NCBI GenBank assembly: GCA_947632455.1
Contig: CANRPK010000002.1
Coordinates: forward strand, 16,683 to 80,682
DNA from: an uncultured Bacilli bacterium
GTDB taxonomy: Bacteria > Bacillota_I > Bacilli_A > RF39 > UBA660
Reading direction: 5' to 3'
DNA length: 64,000 bases
The notes beneath the pieces were generated by a model that saw nothing but the letters and a program-made list of their open reading frames with translations, was not told the origin of the DNA and searched no databases. Shown piece by piece: positions 36,992-45,118 of this stretch. Every line of letters begins with the position of its first letter. Position 1 is the first letter of the stretch. Position numbers and translations under genes: made by a program.

Positions 36992-38264
36992 ATTCTTTAA
37001 ATTCAAAGATATAACCACAAATTTGTACTTCATCTCCCCGTTTTGCTCCCAACTTTTCTAATTCTTCTTCTACGCCCATTCCTTTTAGTTTTCTAGCAAA
37101 ACGTACAACGGCATCATCTTCATTAAATCTTGTCATTTTAAATAATTTTTCTAATTCCGCTCCTTCAAGCACCCAAACATCACCATCTTTACTTATTGTA
37201 AATGGTCGTTCATTTTTAAATTTATAAACAACATGACTTTCTAATTCTTCATCATCATATAAAGAAGATGCTTCTACTTCATCTAACAAATCCGCTATTC
37301 TATTAATTAATTTATCTAAACCTTTAGCATTTAATGCACTAACTTCAATTATCTCTTTATCAAAGAAAGTTTTCTTAAATTCAATTAAATTATCTTTAGC
37401 CCCATCTAGATCCATTTTATTAGCCACGATAATTTCCTTTTTTTGAGCTAATTTATCACTATATTTTTCTATTTCTTTTCTAATTACTAGATAATCATCA
37501 ATCGGATTTCTATTTTCTGCAGCTCCCATATCAATCACGTGAGCAATTATTTTTGTTCTCATCGCGTGTCTTAAAAATTTATGACCTAAACCTACCCCTT
37601 CACTAGCTCCCTCAATTAGTCCAGGTAAATCTGCCATAACATAACTTCGGCCATCTTTTAAATTAACTACCCCTAAATTTGGAGCCAATGTTGTAAAATG
37701 ATAACTAGCAATTTTAGGAGTAGCCCCACTAATCATTGATAATATAGTTGACTTACCAACACTAGGAAGTCCCACAATTCCTACATCCGCGAGCATTTTT
37801 AATTCTACTTTTAAAATTCTAAGTTCTCCTGGTTCTCCTAATTCACTAATTCTTGGCGCCGTATCACTATGAGTTTTAAAAGCCGCATTACCACGACCTC
37901 CTCTTCCTCCTTTAGCTACAACTACTTCACTATTTTCCCCTACTAAATCAGCTATAACTAAATTAGTATCTAAATCAATAATTGTTGTTCCTTCCGGTAC
38001 TTTAATTATAACATCTTTGGCATCAGCCCCTTGTCTATTAGCGCCTTTGCCATTTTCTCCTTTTTCTCCTTTAATTATTTTATTGTATCTTAAATCAATT
38101 AAAGTTTTAAGTCCTTTATCAACTTTAAAAATAATACTTGCACCAGCCCCACCATTTCCACCATCAGGACCGCCCATTGCTACATATTTTTCTCGTCTAA
38201 AAGATGTACAACCATCTCCACCTTTACCAGCAATAACCTTTACTGTTAATTCATCTACAAACAT
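36990..38264 (-). CDS. obg: GTPase Obg/CgtA
   Basis: MFVDEL start, a Gly-rich Obg fold (GGDGGNGG), G-domain (GLPSVGKST, DLPGLIEGA, NKMD), and a C-terminal OCT domain. The track start is 24 nt too far upstream. Confidence 0.95.
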   Translation of the reverse strand: MFVDELTVKVIAGKGGDGCTSFRREKYVAMGGPDGGNGGAGASIIFKVDKGLKTLIDLRYNKIIKGEKGENGKGANRQGADAKDVIIKVPEGTTIIDLDTNLVIADLVGENSEVVVAKGGRGGRGNAAFKTHSDTAPRISELGEPGELRILKVELKMLADVGIVGLPSVGKSTILSMISGATPKIASYHFTTLAPNLGVVNLKDGRSYVMADLPGLIEGASEGVGLGHKFLRHAMRTKIIAHVIDMGAAENRNPIDDYLVIRKEIEKYSDKLAQKKEIIVANKMDLDGAKDNLIEFKKTFFDKEIIEVSALNAKGLDKLINRIADLLDEVEASSLYDDEELESHVVYKFKNERPFTISKDGDVWVLEGAELEKLFKMTRFNEDDAVVRFARKLKGMGVEEELEKLGAKRGDEVQICGYIFEFKE

Positions 38265-38277
38265 AATTTCATCTCCA

Positions 38278-39018
38278 TTATTCAGCAATTTTTATATCTT
38301 CATACGTATTTAAAACATCTCTTTTAGCTTTACCATCTTCATAATAATATTTACATTCTACTAAAGATATTTTATCTTCTTCTACTAAAGGCTCTAATAC
38401 ATATATTTGTCCATCTTCATATTTAGCTAATATTTGTTCACTATCATCATAAAATATTTGTAAATCAGTAATATAGTAAACACTTTCATCTTTAATAACC
38501 GCTCCATTAGGAACTAATAAATCTCCTAAATCATCAAATAAGAAATAAAAACTTTTATTATAATTACCATAACAATTAATCTCTAATAAAATATAATCTT
38601 TATCTTCAATTTTAATTATTTGAATATCATCTATATTTAATTTTATATTATTTATATCTTCATTAGAAAATACTTCTTCCGCTGAAACATCCTCAATATC
38701 TAATTTAGAAATTATATTTTCATTAATAATATTTCCTCCATCAAAATACACTAATAATTCTAAAAAACCTTCATTCAATTCTTTTTCTAATTGAACTTTA
38801 TATTCAAATTTAATCTTATGTCTTTGTCCATTTAAATATACATTATAAAGTTCAGCTAAAACATTACCATTAAAATTACTACTAACAAGTTCAATAACTT
38901 CTCCCTGAGAATTAACTACATCTCTTCTAACTCCCCGAGAATTTAAAGTATAAACAGTTATTCCAATTATTCCTGATAATGCAATAATGCCAATGATTAA
39001 ACTTAGTATTTTTTTCAT
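38278..39018 (-). CDS. hypothetical N-terminally anchored extracytoplasmic protein (246 aa)
   Basis: Signal/anchor MKKILSLIIGIIALSGIIGITVY. No known motif. Confidence 0.5.
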   Translation of the reverse strand: MKKILSLIIGIIALSGIIGITVYTLNSRGVRRDVVNSQGEVIELVSSNFNGNVLAELYNVYLNGQRHKIKFEYKVQLEKELNEGFLELLVYFDGGNIINENIISKLDIEDVSAEEVFSNEDINNIKLNIDDIQIIKIEDKDYILLEINCYGNYNKSFYFLFDDLGDLLVPNGAVIKDESVYYITDLQIFYDDSEQILAKYEDGQIYVLEPLVEEDKISLVECKYYYEDGKAKRDVLNTYEDIKIAE

Positions 39019-39070
39019 AAAGCTAAACTCCTAACACCATTATTATATCAATAAACATTATTTTTTAAAA

Positions 39071-39097
39071 CAAAAAAAATCACTAAATTGTGATTTA
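39071..39097 (-). terminator. terminator closing the upstream pilin-like operon
   Basis: Minus strand reads AAATCAC-aattta-GTGATTT followed by TTTTTTT. It overlaps the stop codon of ORF 39095. Confidence 0.65.
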
Positions 39098-40090
39098 CTT
39101 AAATATATTAAATAATTTATTTTTGTTAGAACCATTTCCGCTAAGTCTTGAAAAACCTAAAGATATTAAGAAATCATCTAAGATTGGTTCTCTTTCTTTC
39201 TTATCATCTAAATAAGGTATACTAAAGAATACTTTACTATTAACCTCATTTTCAAAATCATTAACATCTTTATTAGTAAGAATACTCTTATTTAAAACAA
39301 TCTTTTTATCTTTTAATTTCTCAAATATTTCTCGATCATTTCTTACTAACTTATTAAGCTTAATTAATCCCGGTTCAATTAAATATATTACTTCATTACA
39401 TAATTCATTATGAATAGAATCATTTAAATCAACCAAAATTACTTCAGCTTCTGGATTATTGGCAATATTAAATGATAAATCATTATCTAAAGTTGTCTTT
39501 AAACTTTTATCATTAAAATATCTAAAATCTTCTCTATTTACTTCTAATGCCACTACATTGTAAGCCACTTCTAAATGTCTTTTTAACATATATATTAAAG
39601 TTGTAGCTCCAGCATGAGCTGTAACATTTCTAAAACCAATAATTCGAAGTCCTCCACTGCCTGTTCCAGAAAAAGTATCAAATTCCACTAGACTAACATC
39701 ATCTGAATTACTTAAATTGTGATATTGAGCTACATCTTTATATGAATTAGGATTATCAATCAAAAATTTAACTGCATTTATATTTCTTGTAAAATTATAA
39801 ATTCCCATAGATACTAATTGCGATAAATATCCCCCACTATTAACCATTGCTGAATCATCTAATAATAAAATTACTTTATTCATATCAAAATTAACAGATA
39901 ATTTTTGAATATTTTTTATATTTTGATAATCTTTTATTGCAGTTATATCAATAATCATTTTATTAAAGTAAAAATTTGTAAATTGTTTAACTAAATCTTC
40001 AATTTCAAATTCCCCATTAATACTCTTTATCACATCTATATCTAAAGTAGATAATAAATTTTGATATTTATTAGAAACAATTACATTCAT
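39095..40090 (-). CDS. TadZ/CpaE-like protein with a degenerate P-loop (receiver-like N-domain plus ParA-like C-domain)
   Basis: The segment IIGFRNVTAHAGATTLIYMLKRHL sits where ParA/MinD proteins carry KGGxGKTT, followed by a hhhhD (VILVDLN) Walker-B-like strand. The N-terminal ~110 aa have an alternating beta-alpha pattern. Assignment is by pattern only. Confidence 0.4.
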   Translation of the reverse strand: MNVIVSNKYQNLLSTLDIDVIKSINGEFEIEDLVKQFTNFYFNKMIIDITAIKDYQNIKNIQKLSVNFDMNKVILLLDDSAMVNSGGYLSQLVSMGIYNFTRNINAVKFLIDNPNSYKDVAQYHNLSNSDDVSLVEFDTFSGTGSGGLRIIGFRNVTAHAGATTLIYMLKRHLEVAYNVVALEVNREDFRYFNDKSLKTTLDNDLSFNIANNPEAEVILVDLNDSIHNELCNEVIYLIEPGLIKLNKLVRNDREIFEKLKDKKIVLNKSILTNKDVNDFENEVNSKVFFSIPYLDDKKEREPILDDFLISLGFSRLSGNGSNKNKLFNIFK

Positions 40091-40092
40091 TT

Positions 40093-40575
40093 TTATCCTC
40101 CTATTACTGCACTATACATAGCTCCATCAGAATCCAAGAAATTTGATGTTGTTCCTCTTACATTAAAACCAGCCGCAGTTCCAATAATTGGTAAATTAAA
40201 TTTATAGAAAACTCCAACTTGATAATATGTTGTTGACTTTATTCCTCTATATTTTTGAATACAATAATAATATTTAGCCCCAGGACGAGCCTGCTCTAAA
40301 TTAGTACTAGATAAAGACAAACCTCCATAAACTCCTCTTTTAGTACTTTTTGTACAAACTCCCGTCGCACTATAACCATTATATCTTAAATAATTATTTA
40401 TTAGAGCCACAGAAGTTTCATTTAAGCCTTCATATTTTTCTATGATACTCACAACTTCATTTTTTACTCTTATTGTCTTTGAATAATTAATTGTTAAAAT
40501 TATAAAAGCTACAAATAAGAATATAAATGTTATCATTAAACCCATTAACCATGAGCCACCTATTGAAGATCGCAC
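40093..40575 (-). CDS. TadE-sized pseudopilin-like protein B (160 aa)
   Basis: GTG start behind AGGTGA. Has an MRSSIGG leader and a 22-aa hydrophobic helix. Paralog of ORF 40585 (shared INYSK..VKNE..I and YYQV..FY..LPII blocks). Confidence 0.5.
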   Translation of the reverse strand: MRSSIGGSWLMGLMITFIFLFVAFIILTINYSKTIRVKNEVVSIIEKYEGLNETSVALINNYLRYNGYSATGVCTKSTKRGVYGGLSLSSTNLEQARPGAKYYYCIQKYRGIKSTTYYQVGVFYKFNLPIIGTAAGFNVRGTTSNFLDSDGAMYSAVIGG

Positions 40576-40584
40576 TTATATCAC

Positions 40585-41094
40585 CTACCTACACCATTCA
40601 TAATTAGCTGCTTGATATTCACATTCATTTGGTGCGTAAATTCTGGCAGTTTCACCCATAACTGATAAGTTAAACACTGATTTAATTATTGGTAAATCTA
40701 ATTGATAAAAAAGCTTTACTTGATAATACAAGGCATTAGGAAGTTCCGAATTACCATTAAGTCTAATTGCTTTAACACAAAATGCTGCATTTTGAGCGCC
40801 TTTACCAATTAATTCTCCATTTCTTCTATATCCATACCAATCACTATCACATCTACCTTGACTATGATATGAAACATCTCCAAAATAATCACTTATTTGT
40901 TCAGCAAAATTATAACAAATACCAACACTTCGATCAGTACATACTCCCCCTTGATTTTTTATAATATTTACAATTTCATTTTTAACATTATATGCCTTAG
41001 AATAATTAATTGATAAACTAATATAACCGGCAAAAAGTAACACTAAAGCAATAACAAGTCCAAATAAAGAAACACCGCCGACTGACTCTCTCAT
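40585..41094 (-). CDS. TadE-sized pseudopilin-like protein A (169 aa)
   Basis: Has an MRESVGG leader and a hydrophobic helix. Contains 6 Cys. Paralog of ORF 40093. Confidence 0.5.
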   Translation of the reverse strand: MRESVGGVSLFGLVIALVLLFAGYISLSINYSKAYNVKNEIVNIIKNQGGVCTDRSVGICYNFAEQISDYFGDVSYHSQGRCDSDWYGYRRNGELIGKGAQNAAFCVKAIRLNGNSELPNALYYQVKLFYQLDLPIIKSVFNLSVMGETARIYAPNECEYQAANYEWCR

Positions 41095-41107
41095 TACCTC
41101 ACCTAAA

Positions 41108-41362
41108 TTAACCTTTCCATGGACACATAATTTTTTGACTAGGATGACCTTTTACATAACACTCTACTAAGCCATCTGTCACAATACAATTTCCATTTGA
41201 ATCACGATTGGTACAAGTACAGATTGCTTCATTACAACTAGCATTTCTTTTAAAACTTCCTCTAATACTTGGCCAAATTACTGTAAAGAAAAAAAGAGAC
41301 AACCCAGCAACTATTGTCACAACAATAATAGTCATATTAAGTTCGCCTTGTGCCTCTTTCAT
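41108..41362 (-). CDS. Cys-rich small pilin-like protein 3 (84 aa)
   Basis: MKEAQG-ELNMTIIVVTIVAGLSLFFFTVIWPSI followed by a 6-Cys C-terminal domain. Has its own RBS AGGAGG. Confidence 0.6.
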   Translation of the reverse strand: MKEAQGELNMTIIVVTIVAGLSLFFFTVIWPSIRGSFKRNASCNEAICTCTNRDSNGNCIVTDGLVECYVKGHPSQKIMCPWKG

Positions 41363-41379
41363 TTTTCTTTCCTCCTATT

Positions 41380-41634
41380 TTATGTAGTTGTTGCACTATT
41401 ATCTGGATTTGGACAAGTTATAGGTTGAGTACTTATTTGTCCATTATCATCGATGTAGTAGCAAGAACAAGTCTTTCCTGAGCAAGTACATGACGAAGTA
41501 TTTGCACATTGATTATTTCTTTGAATTGTAGTTTTTATACTTGGCCATACAAAAGCATAAAAGAATGCTGCTACAGCTGCAATAGCAACTACTGTAATAA
41601 CGGTCATATTTAATTCTCCAGTAGCTTCCTTCAT
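41380..41634 (-). CDS. Cys-rich small pilin-like protein 2 (84 aa)
   Basis: MKEATG-ELNMTVITVVAIAAVAAFFYAFVWPSI followed by a 6-Cys domain. RBS AGGAGGG. Confidence 0.6.
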   Translation of the reverse strand: MKEATGELNMTVITVVAIAAVAAFFYAFVWPSIKTTIQRNNQCANTSSCTCSGKTCSCYYIDDNGQISTQPITCPNPDNSATTT

Positions 41635-41650
41635 TTATTATTCCCTCCTT

Positions 41651-41899
41651 TTATGTTGTCGCAGTATTATCCGGATTTGGGCACGTTACAGGTCCCGCCT
41701 CTTGTCCATTATCGTCAATATAATAACATGAACATGTTTTACCGTTACATGTACAAGATGAAGTATTTGCACATTGATTATTTCTTTGAATTGTAGTTTT
41801 TATACTTGGCCATACAAAGGCATAAAAGAATGCTGCTACAGCTGCAATAGCAACTACTGTAATAACAGTCATATTTAATTCTCCAGTAGCTTCCTTCAT
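41651..41899 (-). CDS. Cys-rich small pilin-like protein 1 (82 aa)
   Basis: Its first 141 nt differ from protein 2 at only 2 positions. The C-terminal 6-Cys domain is diverged. RBS AAGGAGG. Confidence 0.6.
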   Translation of the reverse strand: MKEATGELNMTVITVVAIAAVAAFFYAFVWPSIKTTIQRNNQCANTSSCTCNGKTCSCYYIDDNGQEAGPVTCPNPDNTATT

Positions 41900-41930
41900 T
41901 TACCATTCCTCCTTTTATTTTTCTATAAAC

Positions 41931-41959
41931 ATTATAACCAATTTTAATTAAAATATCAA
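41931..41959 (-). promoter_or_regulatory. promoter of the Cys-rich/pseudopilin operon
   Basis: Minus strand reads TTGATA, a 17-nt spacer, then TATAAT. Confidence 0.6.
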
Positions 41960-42051
41960 TATGAACATAATCATTTTGTAAAATAAAATTAAAATTATTG
42001 TTAAAGGCCCCAAATATATGATAATATTAAATAAGAAATAGAGTTGATTAT

Positions 42052-42702
42052 ATGAAAGAACAAATTATAAATTTCTTTAAAGGCTTAGGTACCATATTTC
42101 TTTACTTTTTTCTAGCCGCCGTAGGTTATATATTATTTAAAGACTATTATACTAGCTCTAATATTATAGTCTCATCATTATCTCAATTAGGTACTTACAT
42201 AATAATTTTAATTGGCTTATGTATTGTTTATCATGAAAGATTAATTGAAGATTTTCAAAACTTTAAAAAAGAAAACTTAAAAATTGCTCTTAAATATTGG
42301 CTTATTGGTCTAGGAGTTATGTTAGCAACCAATCTTGTAATTAATTCCATTATTCATACCATTCCCGCTAATGAAAGTGCTAATCGTGAATTTTTAGCCC
42401 AATTTCCTTTAAGTGGTCTTTTAATTGTTGCCATCATTGGTCCTATTACTGAAGAATTAACTTTTAGAGCTAGCTTTAAAAATGCATTCAAAAATTGGTT
42501 ACCATTTTGTCTTGTTACTGCCTTCTTCTTTGGCTTAGCCCATATTGCTGAACCAAACTTATTAGAACTCCTATATATCATCCCTTATGGAGCTCTAGGT
42601 TTCTTCTTTGCTAAAGCTTTTTATGAAACAGATAATATATATTCTTCAATATTTATTCATATGTTACATAATACTCTAGCCGTATTACTAATATCTATTT
42701 AA
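42052..42702 (+). CDS. CPBP family intramembrane glutamic endopeptidase (CAAX protease/Abi type)
   Basis: EELTFR, FGLAH and HMLHN motifs within a polytopic protein. Confidence 0.8.
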   Translation: MKEQIINFFKGLGTIFLYFFLAAVGYILFKDYYTSSNIIVSSLSQLGTYIIILIGLCIVYHERLIEDFQNFKKENLKIALKYWLIGLGVMLATNLVINSIIHTIPANESANREFLAQFPLSGLLIVAIIGPITEELTFRASFKNAFKNWLPFCLVTAFFFGLAHIAEPNLLELLYIIPYGALGFFFAKAFYETDNIYSSIFIHMLHNTLAVLLISI

Positions 42703-42711
42703 GAGGTCAAT

Positions 42712-43536
42712 ATGAAAAAAAATGAAAATAAAAAAAAGCACCCTATATTTACATTTATAAGTATTCTAATTATTTTAATATTTGTTATCTTTTTATATGG
42801 TTATTATATTGAACCTTATAATTTAAAAATAAAAGAAATTCCTATATATAATAAAAGTTTAATAAAGGATTATAATGGTCTTAAAATAGCCCACTTTTCT
42901 GATTTACATTATGGCCGCACTACCAATGAAAAAGAACTTAAAAAAATTGTCAATGAATTAAATAAATTAAGACCAGATATTGTTATTTTTACTGGTGATT
43001 TATTTGATAGTAAAAAATTAGCCGAAGATAATGCCCAATTAGTAACAAAGTATTTTAACCAAATAGAAGCTAATCTAGCTAAATATGCTATAATTGGTGA
43101 TTATGATACTAAATATTTACCTACTTATAATACTATATTAGAAAATTCTTCTTTTACTCTTTTAGATAATGAAGCAAATTTAATATATTATAAAAGTACT
43201 ACTCCTATTAATATAATTGGTTTAACAGACACTAGCAATATCAAAGATTTATACGATAATGACTATTTTAATATTACCATTATTCATAAACCAGATGATG
43301 TTTCTAAATTATCTAACACTAAACTTGTTTTCGCTGGTCATTCTTTAGGAGGCCAAATAAAAATTCCATTTTTAGGCGGAATTAAAAAAATATCTGGTGC
43401 TAATAAATATTTAGAAGAACATTATAAAATAAAAGATATTGATCTATATATATCTAATGGCTTAGGTACACAAGATTTTAGTTTTAGATTATTTAACACC
43501 CCTTCTATTACTTTATATAGATTATATAATTCCTAA
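42712..43536 (+). CDS. membrane-anchored metallophosphoesterase (YkuE-like)
   Basis: IAHFSDLHYG, FTGDLFD, GDYD, and GHSLGGQ in place of GHTHGGQ. Confidence 0.75.
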   Translation: MKKNENKKKHPIFTFISILIILIFVIFLYGYYIEPYNLKIKEIPIYNKSLIKDYNGLKIAHFSDLHYGRTTNEKELKKIVNELNKLRPDIVIFTGDLFDSKKLAEDNAQLVTKYFNQIEANLAKYAIIGDYDTKYLPTYNTILENSSFTLLDNEANLIYYKSTTPINIIGLTDTSNIKDLYDNDYFNITIIHKPDDVSKLSNTKLVFAGHSLGGQIKIPFLGGIKKISGANKYLEEHYKIKDIDLYISNGLGTQDFSFRLFNTPSITLYRLYNS

Positions 43537-43558
43537 AAGCTTAATAAGCTTTTTTTAT

Positions 43559-44188
43559 TTATAATAAATTTAAAATATTATGTACTAAATATATATATGA
43601 TAATAAATAAGCATTCCCTACTAATAATGCCCCAACAATATCAGAAAAATAATGTACTCCTAAAAATATCCGGCTATACCCAATAAGTAAAATAATTAAA
43701 ATAATAAATATTCCTAAAATTAATTTTATTGGTAATATTATTCCACTCATAATAATTAAAAATAATAAAAAGCCATAAAAACTAACTGCTCCAAACGTAT
43801 GCCCAGAAGGATAACTAAATCCCTTTTCATAAACTAATTGATTAATATTAGGTCTCATTCTTTTAAATAAATGTTTTAATAAACTTACCATACAAGCTTC
43901 TCCTAACATCAAACATGTAAATAAACACGCAATAACTTTACTATCTAAAAATAATAAAAATATTAAACAAGCCATCACAAAAAACTTTGCATCGGCTAAA
44001 TTTGTAAATGTCTTAAAAAAGCTAATAAAAGGCTCTTTTATTTTAATTCTATTATAAAATTTATTGTCCGTATTATTTATATAAGACTTTACAACTAATA
44101 TACTCCATATTAAAAATAATATTAATAAACCTAAAACTATCATATTAATCACTATTATAATTATACTTAAACTTTCAAATATTATCAA
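43559..44188 (-). CDS. PAP2 family lipid phosphatase
   Basis: KxxxxxxRP (KHLFKRMRP), PSGH and SRxxxxxHxxxD (SRIFLGVHYFSD) motifs. Confidence 0.8.
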   Translation of the reverse strand: MIIFESLSIIIIVINMIVLGLLILFLIWSILVVKSYINNTDNKFYNRIKIKEPFISFFKTFTNLADAKFFVMACLIFLLFLDSKVIACLFTCLMLGEACMVSLLKHLFKRMRPNINQLVYEKGFSYPSGHTFGAVSFYGFLLFLIIMSGIILPIKLILGIFIILIILLIGYSRIFLGVHYFSDIVGALLVGNAYLLSYIYLVHNILNLL

Positions 44189-44358
44189 TGCTATTTTTTT
44201 TAATTATGCTTTTCATTATACAAGTAAGTTTTATTACCATTTTATAATATAAGGCTAAAAGAAAAGTAACCCTTTCGAGTTACTTTTCCTAAATTGCTTT
44301 CATTCCAATTTTGAAAGCAATTTATATATTTATCTCGTTTTTCGAGTTTGTTATCTTT

Positions 44359-44443
44359 TGGTGCTCATAGAGAGAATCGAACTCTCACGACCTAAGTCGT
44401 AGCATTTTGAGTGCTATGCGTCTACCAATTCCGCCATATGAGC
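44359..44443 (-). tRNA. tRNA-Leu (anticodon CAA), CCA encoded
   Basis: GCTCATA acceptor, a long variable arm (CGACTTAGGTCG), anticodon loop CTCAAAA, T-arm GAGAGTTCGATTCTCTC. Two hairpins follow at 44261-44323. Confidence 0.9.
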
Positions 44444-44503
44444 AATTACTAATCTAGTATAACATAAAATCATAATTTTAACCACCAAAAAAATTAATTA
44501 TAC

Positions 44504-45118
44504 CTAATCTTCAATAATAATCCCCTTGTCATTAATTAAACTTAATAAATTTAATACTGATAATTTCGATCCGATTAAATCATCAATATTAATATTCACC
44601 TCTTTAAAACTACAAGTTTTCAAATCACATTTACTAATTTTAGTATCAATAAAGTTTTCCAAAGAAAATTCACAATAAAAAAATTCCGTGTTTATAAACT
44701 TGCTATGTCTATAAATATTTTCACGTAATATAACACGATCAAATTTCCCTTCAAAATCTATATTTTCCCATTTTGAATATTGAACTACACCCTCTAAAAA
44801 TTGCGTTTCACTAACCTTTGTTTCATAGATACTTGCATTTGTTAATTTGCAATTTATAAATCTAACTTTGCTGAAATTACATTCTATAAAATTAGTATTT
44901 AAAAACTCACAATTTATAAATTCTACTTTTACTAAAAAAGTATTGTCAAAATTTACATCTTTAAATTGACAATTAACAAATTTAACTTCTCTTATAGTTT
45001 GAAATTTAACTTCTATTTTTTCTAAATTTTCTTTTTCAAATTCTATATTACAAATATTAGTTTCTAAATATTCTTCAAAGTTTCCTTTCAAAAGTTTTCC
45101 ACTAAACTCCCACTTCAT
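44504..45118 (-). CDS. pentapeptide-repeat protein
   Basis: A run of A(D/N)LxX-type repeats (NCQFKDVNFDNTFLVKVEFINCEFLNTNFIECNFSKVRFINCKL...). Preferred start is ATG 45116-45118 behind AGAGGA, overlapping the scpB 3' end by 17 nt. Confidence 0.7.
   Translation of the reverse strand: MKWEFSGKLLKGNFEEYLETNICNIEFEKENLEKIEVKFQTIREVKFVNCQFKDVNFDNTFLVKVEFINCEFLNTNFIECNFSKVRFINCKLTNASIYETKVSETQFLEGVVQYSKWENIDFEGKFDRVILRENIYRHSKFINTEFFYCEFSLENFIDTKISKCDLKTCSFKEVNINIDDLIGSKLSVLNLLSLINDKGIIIED

Noticed and set aside
41108-41899. The Cys-rich triplet as RiPP or bacteriocin precursors
   Set aside because: There is no radical-SAM, lanthionine or cyclase enzyme, no ABC/C39 exporter, and no double-glycine leader nearby. 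The N-terminal 22-aa helix is TM-length, and the genes head an operon of pseudopilin-like proteins next to a Tad machine. A pilin-like role fits better, though the bacteriocin idea is not formally excluded.
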